A stretch of 63,766 nt of DNA, filler included, from Octopus bimaculoides (GCF_001194135.2; 6 parts of 6 records of this genome joined end to end with filler, not necessarily neighbours in it); one strand, 5' to 3'; shown: positions 36,272 through 50,430, counted from the first letter of the whole stretch. A program made the numbers and translations. Notes: a model not told the origin generated them from the letters alone.

Positions 36272-36385
36272 GGGTTGAGATAAAAAAAAATATCCAAGAT
36301 TGTTTTCTCAGTAAAAATAACACCAATCTGTAAATAGTATTCATTATATTAAGAATTCTACAGAATATTCATTTCAGTGAAAATG
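36272..36385 (+). repeat. About 112-bp direct repeat, copy 2
   Basis: See 34495-34606. Confidence 0.92.
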
Positions 36386-38073
36386 GAACCGCACATGAAG
36401 CCATAAAGGACAAAAGATATCGAAATGTTTAATAAAGAATCTTTTCTTTTTTGGTTTTGTTATTTAATTACTATTTTCTTTTTTACTGAAGCTTCATTCT
36501 ATTTCTGATTAACGTAGAGAAGAACGATGGAGCGAGGAAAAAATTAGTGATGTAGTTTGTAGCAGCCGATACAGTGAGTCTTGATAGCTTTGTGTGTGCT
36601 AGTGAGTTGTGTGTGGTGGAGTTGTTATGTCTTTCCAGTAGTTTGAATAACATTTGTAATGTTAGTAGGTTAGTATGACTACTACAATCACATAGTTTTG
36701 ATCCTGAACAAAAAATAAGTTGATATATGTTTTCGGTTGTTTTCAAAAATAACTCAGAACTATATAGGTTTCATTTGTTTTCTTATGTTCTGATGTTAAT
36801 GGAAATTCAACTTAGCGTGGTATGGTCTAATGTAATATATATAAAACAAAACAAGAAATTGGTAAATATTTTGGCATTAGTTATTCACCATTACACATGT
36901 TTCATTTGCTAATAGGATCACAAAATTGTACATGTTGGATAGACATGTAAGAAATTTCCTATTAAAAATCTTTGGGATAGAGAAACAAATGATAATTTTC
37001 CAGATTCCTGTTTTCTTTTGTAATGACACTGCAAGCAATATCTCGGAATTTTCAAATCACTTTTGTAGCTCACATCAACGCATCAACGACAACAACTACA
37101 TCCTGATTTGTAATACTGAAAAATGCGGATGTGCTTCGAGAGGACACTTCTTGGATTTTTTCCATACCTATATAACATATATACATATGTGTGTGTATAT
37201 GTGTGTATGTATGTGTGAATGCATCTAAATACACTTGAATCAACTATTGCAAGGATACAAACAACCATAATGATGAAATGCGGAAAGAACTATAATATAC
37301 TCTCTGTCTATCCTTATCACTCTTATAAACATACATATACATATATATGTGATTTTGTGTGTGAGTGTGTGCGTATTTGTGTATCTACTTCGTCTGTTTT
37401 GAGTCATTTTTCGGCTAAAAGACACGAACTGATGTGAGCACGTGCCCAAGTTTTAATTTTATGGTCTGTGGTATAAAGAAACGTGTTCTTAGTCCTGCAG
37501 ACAAACTGGGACCAATGCGACCATCTTCGTTTGTTCATAGCGAAAAGAAAATATGAACTGAAAACCGCAGTGAGATGAGTACCTTACTCTCTCGTTTAGT
37601 ACCTCATCATTTCCGCTGTTTGCACTCTCCCAAACGAAACAAGATTTAAAGGTTGTATAATCAAAACTTTCAGACAACTTCCAAATGTTGTACTCTTGAA
37701 AACAAAGTGAAAACAGCCGAGAGTAAAACTTTGGACAAAATATGAATTACAAAATTTCGATTATCCAAATCAAATCCCTGTTCTAACACGTAAGTCAAAA
37801 ATTACTGATTATCGACTCAGAACCGTGAAAATAGATATGCTGGGTTGATGGTTTATTATTCCCACGGGTATATAATGTATACAACAGGGAAATAACGAAG
37901 TTAATTTTACCAAATACATTGATCCCTTCACTCGAGTTTATAATCTTATAGTGATTTTGTATATTAATGTTATAGTGATTTTTTTCAAGAAACGAATAAG
38001 AAAAGGCATCTCTTAAAGTTATATGTACTATATATTAGGTTGTTCCGTTTACATCTTTCTCTCTTTCTCTCTT

Positions 38074-38106
<33 letters not shown>

Positions 38107-39229
38107 NNNNNNNNNNNNNNNNNNNNNNNNNNNNNNNNNNNNNNNNNNNNNNNNNNNNNNNNNNNNNNNNNNNNNNNNNNNNNNNNNNNNNNNNNNNNNN
38201 NNNNNNNNNNNNNNNNNNNNNNNNNNNNNNNNNNNNNNNNNNNNNNNNNNNNNNNNNNNNNNNNNNNNNNNNNNNNNNNNNNNNNNNNNNNNNNNNNNNN
38301 NNNNNNNNNNNNNNNNNNNNNNNNNNNNNNNNNNNNNNNNNNNNNNNNNNNNNNNNNNNNNNNNNNNNNNNNNNNNNNNNNNNNNNNNNNNNNNNNNNNN
38401 NNNNNNNNNNNNNNNNNNNNNNNNNNNNNNNNNNNNNNNNNNNNNNNNNNNNNNNNNNNNNNNNNNNNNNNNNNNNNNNATATATATACATATATATATT
38501 CGTCTATGTGAATGTATGTGTTTGCGTGTGTTTACTTGGTGAGTGCGTGAGTGTGTGTGTGTGTGTGTGTGTAAGTGTGTGTGTGTGTGCGTGTCTGTGC
38601 GCGTGCGTTAGTGTGTATAAATCGATTATTCTACCGATAATATTGTTAGAATTTGTCTGTTTCCGTTCTCCTTTCCTTTGAATATTTCTAGACACCATTG
38701 ATTTTAATAAGTTTCTGAAAATTATGAAAACAGAAAAGACATCAAAAAGACAATCAGTTTTATTTGTGAGATTGCAAAAGAAAACATCTAAATCAAGGGA
38801 ACTTCTTTTTGTCTGACAGACAGGAACAAAAGCACAATATTTTATGATATTTCACCAATAATTTCACTATCGCCATAAACATCACCCAGCCTTACCAGTT
38901 GTCTTTTCTTTCACCGTCACCTTCTTCAATTCATATTTTCCCTTCTTCCCCCTTTATCGTCATGCTAATCTATCATCTACGATATCATCACTATGACTAA
39001 CTGTAATAATAACGACGACAACAACAACAACAACAACAACAATGACATCAATAGCAACACTCTTATCACTGTTACAACTGTCATCATGAAACAAACTTCG
39101 TTCGTTCAGCGGCATTGTTCCCAATATCACAATGGAATTCACATCATCACAACGTCAAGACTTTATTGTTAACGACTACCCAAATCAACTACCCGGATCA
39201 ACAACAGCAACAACAATCCCCGTACCAAT

Positions 39230-39248
39230 TACACTACTACTACTAGTT

Positions 39249-39287
<39 letters not shown>

Positions 39288-39520
39288 TTGCTCCTCGTCC
39301 TGACCCTCGTCCTCCCCCTCGTCCTCCTCCTCGTCCTCCTCCTCGTCCTCCTCGTCCTCCTCTTCGTCCTCCTCGTCCTCCTCCTCGTCGTCCTCCTCGT
39401 CGTCCTCGTCCTCGTCTATCTCCTCCTCGTCTATCTCACCCTCGTCCTCCTCTATCTCCTCCTCCTCCTCCTCCTCCTCCTACTACTACTACTACTAACA
39501 ATAATATTAATAACTTTCTC
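39230..39520. repeat. Compound (CTA)n-(CCT/CGT)n-(CTA)n microsatellite
   Basis: Seen directly in the sequence. Confidence 0.92.
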
Positions 39521-39544
39521 CAATAAGAATAGGAATAATTCATT

Positions 39545-39750
39545 CCACTAAAAGCACAACGCCTGAAAGTTTGAGGGAGGGGACTAGTCGATTACATATA
39601 CCCCAGGTCTCATTGATACTTAATTTATTGACCCCGAAAGATAACCGGCAAAGTCGACCTCAGAGGAATTTGAAATCGGAACGTAAAGACAGGCGAAATG
39701 TCGCTAAGCATTTTGCCTGGCGTGCTAACGATTCTGCCAGCTCGCTCGTC
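39545..39750 (-). mobile_element. Family A SINE
   Basis: GCATTTTGCCTGGCGTGCTAACGATTCTGCCAGCTCGC is the rc of the head. Confidence 0.9.
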
Positions 39751-39754
39751 ACCT

Positions 39755-39792
<38 letters not shown>

Positions 39793-39810
39793 ATAATAAT
39801 AATAATAATA

Positions 39811-41345
39811 TCTTTATTAACCACAAGGGTTTGCATGAAGAAAAACATTATGGACAGCGCAGGACAAAACAAAATTAATGTGTGTGTATGTGTGTGAGTG
39901 TGTATAGTTGTGAGAGCTTTGCATGTAAAGAAGATTGATATAATTTAAAAAAAAGAGAGATCAACAATGTGTAATCTTGAATAAGGAGGAGACGTTCGAG
40001 GGCTGCTCGTGGAAAAACTCCATAAAAACCATAGGTACCCTGACATTGGGAGCAGGTACCATTTTGTTTTTGTTTCCTTTCTTCTTTCCAACTACAGGTG
40101 TATGCTCAGGGCAGGCCCGTTCACTCGTACAATTCTCGCCACTTTCATCCACCTACGGGAAAACTGACTAGCACTTCCCTCTCTACCCTTATTTTCCTTT
40201 TCAAGTGAAACTTGAAGCAGTTCATAAGAGATTGGCCAAAGAGAAAAGTGTTTGTTTTCAGTCCTTTTAATCCCGTCCAACACGCCACTTCTTTCGCCAT
40301 GGCCACCAGGCATATAAAAACAGTCTTTCCTTCCCGGTTAAAGGAAGGCGGTGGGGCGATCTTCACGATGGATTCAGTTGATAGCTGGATCCGTCCTACA
40401 TGCAGCAACATGTTTTTAACATAAACCCACAGGTCAGCTATGCTCGGGCACTGGACGAGTGCATGCAGGACTGTCCCGTCGTCCTGCGCGCATCTCGGAC
40501 AAACACGGCTGACGGCACTTCCGTACATGTAAAGTTTATCTCGAGCAGGCAAAGCTGCCCGGTAACACTGCCAGGCCAGAGGTTTTTGAAAATTATCCAT
40601 TGGTCCCGGCCCAAAAGTTGTCCGGAAAAGAGCGGCTAGCTGATCTTATTCGACGCCTAAAGTCATTCAAAAGCGTCGTCGCACTTTTGCTCCACTAACC
40701 CTCAATAAAAGACTAAAGTGGACGTTCCACCTATCACATTGCCCGATTGGCTGAGGGCTGTGTGCGCTTGAAGACATTTCACTTTCCAAAGGTTCCCCCT
40801 CGGTCTCTGTTTTACCCAGGACTGCAACTCTGTTAAAGAAACTTGTCGCGGAAGTATGTGTCTAGCGAACGGCGACCACACCTGTCCACCGTCAAGGAAG
40901 CACTGGAGATGTCGTAGCCTCAGCGCATGTCCGTGCATCATCTGCTATTGCATGCCCAGTCCACCACGCAGCGGGTGTTGACAGCAGCTAGACCGCCTGA
41001 CGATCGGAAAACGTCCCTTCCACAAGAAGCGGAAGAGTATACGCTCCAGCGTAATCAGACGGTGGCCAGGACAAGGCACGACGGTCAAAGGATAGTAGAT
41101 GACTGACGCGATATACGCGTCTGCCCGAACTTTCAGGGATAGCTTTCTCTCGGCCATTTCTGGGTGATAGTAGTCACCCTGCTCGTTACCTCGTCACAGT
41201 TTTTGCCCATCTGGAGGTCTGGACCGAACCAGACACCAAGTAATTTAACCAGTTCGTCCGTCCAGCGCCCAACGACGCAGTTAGACGGCATGGACTTGCT
41301 TCTCCAGGTGCCGAGCTGCAAGCTCACTGATTTTTCCTGGTTAAT
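39811..41345 (-). mobile_element. 5'-truncated Tx1/L1-clade LINE (RT end plus zf-RVT), (ATT)n tail
   Basis: INQEKS..VKLLGVWFGPD..RKLSLKVR..LFRFLWKG..LRGGLG..LAWQCYRAALP..VCPRC..VLHALVQCP..FKFHLKRKIRVEREVL across frameshifts. Confidence 0.9.
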
Positions 41346-41376
41346 TGTCGCTCCTGAAACCGCCTAGTAGCAGCAG

Positions 41377-41431
<55 letters not shown>

Positions 41432-41432
<1 letters not shown>

Positions 41433-42355
41433 TGAAAATGTGACATCTAAAAACATGTAAGAAACAAAATGGCGGACAAAGATAACAACCGGAAAATGAA
41501 AACGATGCATGGGAAATACCGCAGAGAAATAGAAAGTCAAGACAAGACCAATACCTGGAATTGACCAAGGAAAAGTGATCCGAAAGGATACATTGGGACA
41601 TGGATAAGCGGTGCTTAGGAACAAGTTCTGAATACTAAATTACACAAAGTCCCAAAAAGATGAGAGCAGTGAATTGTCACTTTGTAGGATGTGTGGCATT
41701 AAAAATGAAACTATCTCACATATTGTGAGTAAGTGTAGCAAGCTGACTTAAAAGGAAAACAAAAGGAAGTATGATGATGTAGAGAAGTTTGTTTACTTGA
41801 GATCGTGATAGAAGTAAGATTTTGAAAGAACATTGATAAGGTACAAATATAAACCAGATGCTACTGAGAATCATGATAAGATCTTATGGGGATTTTACTA
41901 TCCAGTGAGATTCAGTGATTGATACACGGATATCAGATATTGCTGTTATTGGTAAATCATGAAGGAAGCGAAGAACTTAGATATTGCCTTATTCGGCGAT
42001 GTATCAGTGGATGATAGAGAACTGGGAAAGAGTGAGAAGCAGAAGCCATTAAAAGATGAAATTGTCCGAATGTGAGAAATGAAGAAAGTAACTACTATCG
42101 CAATAGGTGTAAGGGCGCTGGGAGTATTAACATCCGGGTTTGAGGAATTTGTTGGAGAAATTGAGGTTGACATGAGAAAAGAACATGCTCAGAAAACTGC
42201 TTTATCAGGGAAGGCGAGGATTTTGAGACTGCTACTTGGATGTTAAATATCCTGGACGAGCAGCAAGGTGATACTCTTGAAAACAAATTGCCCTCTGCTC
42301 TTACAGAATTAGTCAGAGCAAATGAAATCGAGAACTCTGAGTAGTGAATTGAAAA
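41432..42355 (+). mobile_element. 5'-truncated, decayed R4/Dong-clade retrotransposon (CCHC plus RLE)
   Basis: MHGKYRRE..LCRMCGIKNETISHIVSKC..KILWGF..SDIAVI..DIA..LKDEIVRM..ALGV..EHAQKTALSGKARILRLLLGC-stop; 5' junction on (TAG)n, 3' end on (AAC/AAT)n. Confidence 0.88.
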
Positions 42356-44589
42356 TAACAACAACAATAATCATATTAATAATAGACAGTGGCTTCTTAC
42401 ATAGTGATTTAGGCATAAAGCTGGCATTTGTGAGAGTGAGAGTTTTTCAATTTGCATGGACCCTAGCATTTAACTGGCATTATAATTTATGGAACCCTAG
42501 AGTATGAACAACAAAGTTGATCATTGCGGGACATTTCTTTTCTTACCAAAAACACTACGTAAAAATCAACAACGAAAACAAAAACAAAACCTAAAAACCA
42601 ACAAAAAACAATTAACCAACGAAAAACAGAATAAACATACGGATAACAATAAAGAAAGGAATCGCGAAATAATGGCTTTTGCATGGATCATGCGTGTTAT
42701 AAATGTTTTTAAGTGGAATGAATAAAATAAATTTGAAAACTACGATTGCTCTCTATAGTTAAACAAGAAATCCAACACATTTTGTTTTTTCTTACTCCAG
42801 TTTTGGTCATTGACTAACAATTTCATATTTAGTATAGGTCTCCTGAGACATAACGCACTCCTTTATATTTTTCTAACGTTTACTGTAAGATAGTACGATA
42901 CTCTATATTCTCACTTTCCTTCGCAATTACTACTTGAAGATGATGATGCTGGTTTGGCCCGGAAAAGAATTCTCAGGTCAGTTTTCTTAATTGTGTCTAC
43001 CCTACTTCAGATTCTATCATAGCCGCCATAATTAGAGGGCCACTTTGATGTTTCATATGAAAGGAAAACGGCGAGCCGACATACGCGATTGACTTGGAGG
43101 CGGAGCTGTTCTACACGTGGTAATAAAAGTCAGCAATATTTAGATGTTCAATGAATATATCCAGTACGCAATTTCGTTTTCAGCGCGCATCGAACACACT
43201 GGCTAACAGCATTATAGGGACAAAACTATAGTAATTATATAGCACAATAAAAGGCTCACGTGAATTAGCATTGTGCAGACACATTAGTTTGTTATACACG
43301 TTCTCAAACAGTTTAGCTCGGCTTATACTTTGATATCACTAGCTCATATATTCCGCTCTCCAAATGAAAACGATTCAGAACACAACACTCAGCTACCACA
43401 CTCCTTATGATTTAAACAGGTTTCAACCGTAGCCGCAACAATATTAACTACAACTGCGACAATGGCAGCAATACCTGCAACAACTACAATAACAATGGCA
43501 TCTTATCATATAAGTCTATAATCGGATGCTGCACATGATTGATTCAGCTCCTCACTATCTACTTATGCATAAGATACATTTCAAGTCTTTAAGTATTAGC
43601 ACAAGACACATGTTAGCAAACGCTCTATCACGTGATCAGTCCTATGTAACCTATAAAACAACACTTCGATAATTTATGTTTCACCAAATGAAATGTTTTG
43701 TCAGATAAAGCTCCATCTCACATGGAACATGAAGTTCTATAAAAAGTTATTCAGACACGATACAGGGGTATCAATAACAGGGCTTAAACAGCATCTTAAT
43801 AAATCTACCGTTGCAAATTGAGAGGTAACATTCGAAAACAGCATACATCAAGAAATAAACGCATCATCACTTGACTCCTCATTAGCTCCATTTACTGATG
43901 GAAGATGTTAAAACAACAACCCACTTGTTCTCTTCCTCCTCATTTTCAACATTATTTTATACCTCGTACACCCGCACATACGCACACAAACAGACAGACA
44001 CACACGCGCGCGCACACACGCAAACACACACAATTTTGCTATCTTTCTCGGGATTACGATGTTCTCGACCATTTATACGTGCAGATAAACAGCAACCGTC
44101 ATGGCCTGACGGATTCCAGCCTCAACCACCTCCCTCTAAAATGCACAAAATGTACAGATGTAAAGTGTACGGAAAGAGACTCTACAACATTCCAGTCGAT
44201 CACACTGCTCCCCATAGATTAATCTCTGTATATTTGGAATTATAATTTATCATGAACACAACACTGGTGGATTCGGGGGGCATTTGTTTGTCAATTAAAA
44301 CTGGTTTGAAGGTGGACAACGGCAGTTAAAATTTAATAATGAACCATAACCTCCTAATATAATGGCAGAAAAATGAAGTAATTACAATTTATTCTACATG
44401 CGAGAAACTCGTGTGAAGTGGCTACATTACAAGAAATAATCAGAAAAACGATGGGGTTGCCGCAGAATAGCATATAGGAAAATTTTATGAAGTTTCAAAA
44501 TTTATAAAATATGCAAGCGCGTACACACTCGCACACACACGCGCATGCACATACAAACGCACACACATACACACACACATACATAAGAA

Positions 44590-45635
44590 TGTCTCAAACA
44601 AGTCCAGGAGCCTCTTAATATAGGGGACTATGAAGAAGGAAATATTAAGACGAAAGAAATAAATTTACTTGATAGTTGAAATAATAGAAATCATTAGAAC
44701 GACGAAAACCATGAGATGGACGAGAGTTTCGTAGTCTGGCAGTTCTAGGGAAAATGCCACGACTATAGAAAGACTTCCTTATTTGTGAAAGCACATTTGG
44801 ATGAAGACGCTGTGAGTTTCGAGTCAGGTGAGATGGTACATAGTAATCTGCAACAAAGGCAGAACGTTCATTAGAAGCCCCTCCTGTGGCAAGAATGGTA
44901 GAAAAGATTAAGAGTGGTAACGTCCGTCACGTCGACGTGACAAGGGCTGCTGAGGTGAATCAAGAGAAAAACCTATCGAATTAGAGACTAGCTTCTGAAT
45001 TTGGTCGAAATGATCCAAATGACAAGATGAAACACCTGTCCAAATATTACAACAGTGTTTCATACAAGGATGAATTGTAAAGATTCAAAATGGCCTCGGA
45101 TGCGAAATAGTCGTTTGACTTATATAATGATCCAACCTTATAGGAAGTAGACCTATCAGTTGATTGTATGTAAGAACACCAAGAAAGAATAGGTGAGAAT
45201 GTAAAACCAAGCAATTTCACAGAAGACTTCTTCTTAAGTGGGTTGACTGTCCCATCATGTAATACATCAGACATGTAACTCATATACATGGGAGCAAGAC
45301 AGGGATCTCACTCAAACTGAAAAACTTGCTTAGGTCTTCTCAGGGTTGAAAGTTATTAACCTCCTCTCACCCCACTTCCTTTATAAACAATCTGCAGAAC
45401 CATCTCAAGCCCAGCAGCAAATTCCAACCGTTTCAAGTGAAAGGGTTTGACAGGAAAAGCAGAACAAACGCTGAAGAATTGAAGAAAATTGGTAGGATGA
45501 TCGTTGATATAAACGGGAAAGAGTTGGACCAAGAATAGAGCTTTAAGGAACACCAGCATTGATAGATACTCAGAATTAACACCGTCCAGAGTCACGTGCA
45601 CAACAACCAGAAAGGATTGTCCTAATAACATCAAA
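44590..45635 (-). mobile_element. Decayed CR1/Jockey-group LINE, RT to 3' end
   Basis: VTLDGVNS..GVPQGSILGPTLFPVYIND..VKLLGFTFSPILSW..IFPRTARL.NS.P; 5' side abuts a family B SINE. Confidence 0.75.
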
Positions 45636-45765
45636 GTTTCCGTCTGTGGTCGGCTCGAGGCTATAGTAGAAGACACTTGCCCAAAGTACCACGCAGTGGG
45701 ACTAAACCCAGAACCATGTGGTTCGTAAGCATGCTACTTACAACACAGCCACTCCTACACCTGTA
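45635..45765 (-). mobile_element. SINE family B, 5' part
   Basis: GGTCGGCTCGAGGCTATAGTAGAAGACACTTGCCCAAAGTACCACGCAGTGGGACT...CACAGCCACTCCT. Confidence 0.9.
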
Positions 45766-46669
45766 TATTTTACTTGCCATTATCCGTTGGAAATATGAGA
45801 CATATACGTATTCAGGACTTTTCCGCCGTAAAATTTCCGAGAGGTGTCGTTAAGAGATATTTCAGTATTCATCACTCATTGCAGCCATTTTTTTTCCATC
45901 CATGTTCAGCCGGACCGAGAAACTGCGACATTGTGAGATTTAGCTCGGCAACTATTCTAGTCTTATTTTGGTATCATCAACATTTCCATTATGATCATTA
46001 TTGTTGTTTTCAGCATCACCATTGTCACACAACCATCACTGTCATCTCCACCACTAGCATCAGCACCTTCACTAACACCTTCACTAACACCGCCACCAAC
46101 ATTCATCAACATAACTGCCGTCGTCGTCGTCGACGTCATTCCAACACTACCATCATCTCCCCAGAATAATACAATTAACACCACAACCAGCACCAAAACT
46201 ACAATTTACTCCAGTGCCAGAAACATCATCATCATCATCATCACCAGCAGCAGCGGCAGCATTGTTGTCTTTGTGCATCCTTTGATATTTGTATTTGACT
46301 AACAAATAGAAAGTGTTTTAGTTTAGTTTTCTCCTTTTTAATTTTTTTTTCATTATTTTACCATTATTTGATTGTTTAAATCTGTTGTATCTCTTGTATC
46401 TGCTGAAGGACAGTTTGAAAACAAAACAAATCAACAAAACACACACGCACACACACGTATACACACATATGTACACACGGGGGCACACACACACACACAC
46501 ATACACACATATGTACACACGGACACACAAAAAAATATTAATGTTTATTTTGATGGTTTGATGGTGGTAGGGACAAGGGTTGGGCGAATTAATAATAGAA
46601 CAAATTTAAACCATATTTTTCGATGAATGTCTGTGGATGGAATAATTTACGCAAATGTATGTATGACTG

Positions 46670-46697
46670 CGTATGCATGTGTGTGTGTGTGTGTGTG

Positions 46698-46738
<41 letters not shown>

Positions 46739-47205
46739 CTTCATGTGATATGAGTGGCTGTTTGCTTGTCTAAACGTATTTTTGTGTGTTTAATTGGTTG
46801 TAGGTGGTATTGCGTGTGTGTATATGTGTGTGTGTGTATATATGCGTGTGTTTGTGTGTATTTGTTAATATGTGTGTGTTTATTTGTTAGAGTGTAAATA
46901 TACTCTTATCTGTGTGTCCGTATTGGCGTGTTTGTATGTGTATATGTGTGTTTTTACTCTCTTTATGTCTGTATTGGTGTATTTGTTAGCATAAATGTTT
47001 GCTTTTTTTTTCTTGTCTGTGAGTATTCAAATGTGTAACAGTTTGTATGAATGTGTGTAACAAATGCTTGTTTATACAATTGTTAAAAGCTTGTAATATG
47101 TATGTATTTCTGCGCATCTAAGTATTATATTATATATCTGTAGATTAGGCAATCTTATTTTTGTGTTTAAGTATATACCTAAAAAAATGTGTGAGTATGT
47201 GTTTG

Positions 47206-47237
<32 letters not shown>

Positions 47238-47780
47238 CGTGTGTGAGTGTGTGTGTGAGTTTGTTTAAAACAATATTTCTCTATGTATCATATTACATAT
47301 GAAATAGCACTTATCTGTGTACCTTTATGATTCTAAATGTTTCTGTGTTTCTAATAGATGTGTGTTTCATTTAAGTGAATAAGGTAATATTACATATGTT
47401 AATGTTTATGTACTTAATATACATACATTTATGTGTGTGTTTACACACACATATATACACACACATACGCGCACACACAGACACTTACACGCAAACATAT
47501 ATATACATACACATGTAAATATATGCGTACGCGTGTGTGTACACACGCCTCTGCATCTGTTTGTATTTATATGTATGTGTGTACATATTTCTCTCCCATT
47601 GTGCTTTACTGGACGTCATACTCTTTCTGTTTCTGTATGTCCAACTATATGGCCCTAGAAGAATGCATATGTTTCACAGTATTTATTGATATGCATCAAT
47701 ATACGTATGTCTGAGTATGTAAGCGTGTGTGTGTGTCTGTATGCGTGTGTGAGCGTGTGTATGAACGTATTTATCCCTGT
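46670..47780. repeat. Degenerate (TG)n/(TA)n low-complexity region
   Basis: Seen directly in the sequence. Confidence 0.75.
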
Positions 47781-48091
47781 GTGACTGTGTGAGAACAATA
47801 AATGTTTTCCTGTTGGTGTATATGTGTGAACGTAAGACTGCATTATCTCCTCTATTGATTTTGTTTGTAATTGTTATTATAAGAAATTATTTTATTTTAA
47901 ATTAACTTAAATTCAATTTCTGAAGTCCTTCTACCACTTTTTTCTTTGATTTGTTAATGAACATAAAAGACACATCAATAATATTCCAACAGAATGATAA
48001 GATAATTGTAGCTATGCATATGTGCCTATACTGCTGCATAACTCGAGCATGTTTTCCTTCTAACATGCATCTGTTGAAGAATTAGGACACA

Positions 48092-48126
<35 letters not shown>

Positions 48127-48224
48127 ACACACACACACAAACATTTATTTATAGGGATACATTGATAGATAGATATACTGATGAATACATGCGTAATACA
48201 TACATACATACATACATACATACA

Positions 48225-48563
48225 CTGGAATATCTAACTCATTGCCTAAATGCCAAGTTTGAGGAATTAGGCTTCTCAAAAGCTGATTTGAAGACGATGG
48301 ATTGAAGCCATCACTAGAACTGTAAAAATCTGTAAAGCTTTCCAGAAGTTTATCGTTATATATATGAATATCATATATATATGAGTATGTGCAGACATGC
48401 AACTATATGATTGAGAGTACATACATAAAACAAAACATACAAATCTGCACATATACATACATAAAAAAATACTCTGTTGTTGTTCTTGAAATTCCAATGA
48501 AGAAGCATTAAATCTAGGTAAGAAAGCGGCTCTTTCTCTATTGGCAAGAGATCTTAAACTGAA
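48225..48563 (+). mobile_element. 5'-truncated retroelement 3' end embedded in (CATA)n; probable RLE-type C-terminus plus 3' UTR
   Basis: Encodes EYLTHCLNAKFEELGFSK...AITRTVKICKAFQKFI; UTR shared with 3332-3586; (TACA)n at 48197-48224 and from 48564. Clade assignment is inference. Confidence 0.62.
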
Positions 48564-50214
48564 TACATACATACATATATACATGCATACACACANNNNN
48601 NNNNNNNNNNNNNNNNNNNNNNNNNNNNNNNNNNNNNNNTTAATTAATTAANNNNNNNNNNNNNNNNNNNNNNNNNNNNNNNNNNNNNNNNNNNNTGTGT
48701 GTGTGTGTGTGTGTGTGCGTGTGTGCGTGTGTATGTGTAAGTATTCTAAAACGTTCTTTTGTGTTCATCAGTCTTCCATTGATCAAGTTTCCAATCTATT
48801 TTCTTCCAGTATTTTTCGCCCGATTTGGACCTACTTTGCATGCTTAACTTTCTGTTGGAGATATCCTCCTATTTTGGGGTTCGGAAGTCTGTCTAATCAC
48901 AGAGGCCTTCGTTTTCACCCCGTCTTCTCATACTCATAGGTTGATGAGGTTTAATCCCACAAGGGGATAGTTTCTATTTTTCAATAGAAACAGTTGTTGA
49001 TGTGGCTGATAATGACAGTCCTCATCTTTGCCTGTTGTGGAATGAATATGATGATTTGATTGTCTCAAATTTCACTCCTGATAATTAGACCGAGGCAATC
49101 CATTTGCCGACTCACGTGCTGTGTCTGACTTCTCCTTGGTACCGACAATTTCCATAATTTATTCTTCGTCGTCATCTTCTTTTGCTGTGCATCACGCCTT
49201 TGAATGGGATTTACTCTCCTATGTGTAGCAGCCGATTGATCTATTTCAGAGATTAAGTTTTAAGGACTTCATATGGGCACTTTCTTCCCAATACGGTTAT
49301 TGTATTGCTTCGTATCTTTGATTCCACCCGACCAAGCACCACCAAATACTACATCTGCGTTGGTCATTGCCAGTATTGTGTCACGAAAATGAAAACTAAC
49401 CAGGGATCGACATAGCTATAGATAATCCTGACGGTCGCCTTTGTGTTCTCTCTTCCTGCGAATCAGCTTATCGGATATCTCTCGTACTTAAAATTTCAGA
49501 TCGCATTTTCGTCCCTCCTTGTTTTAAATGCGGCCTTACAATGAAGGATAATTGCCTTAAAATGTTTGCAAGAGCTGTCTCTAAATCTTACTCTCATGAA
49601 GCAAAAGTATCTTCTGTCCGTGACATAGATAAGTGATCTTTCCTTTTATTGTGTGTTTCTTTCCCGGATTGTTGAAGTTTTATGTTGGCCCTGTGTACAA
49701 AATACTGTCAAGCTTCAAGACTGTCAAGAAAATGTTCCATATTAGGTTGGGTTTTTTTTTATTAATGCAGAATAGTCTTTATTATTTTTTTTATGTTTAA
49801 GCTCAATGGAATACCTGAATGCTTCCTGCTGTTGCTATCCCCTAAAATATGATAGGGTGTATTTTTTGAGATGTTCTTTTATTTCATTTTCCACTATTTG
49901 CCCGTGTGTTTATTAATATTTTTTTATTATCTAATTCCTTTGGCTTGTGGGGTTATTTTATTCCTTATTGTAATCTTTCTGAGAGAGAAACAGAAGAAGC
50001 CATGTCTACCTTACCATTAAATGATAGAATAAAAATGAGGATACTTTTTGTTTTTATTTTTTAGAAAAAAGTAGACCTACTACAGCATTACAGATCCCTG
50101 AATGAAATAAAATCCAAAATAAAAATTCTTTCTGTCAGCTAAATCTTCTAAATCATCGAGTAAACAAGAAACCCGATTTTTTATTTCACTTCTGAACAGA
50201 TGTTAGCAGTAAAT

Positions 50215-50430
<216 letters not shown>

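Noticed and set aside
34495-36385. 112-bp repeats as a true giant TSD of the R4 copy
   Set aside because: They do not abut the element ends; kept only as a local duplication.
43898-44245. Protein-like ORF (DKQQPSWPDGFQPQPPP...)
   Set aside because: No recognisable domain, weak splice signals, and the 5' part is (CA)n-derived.
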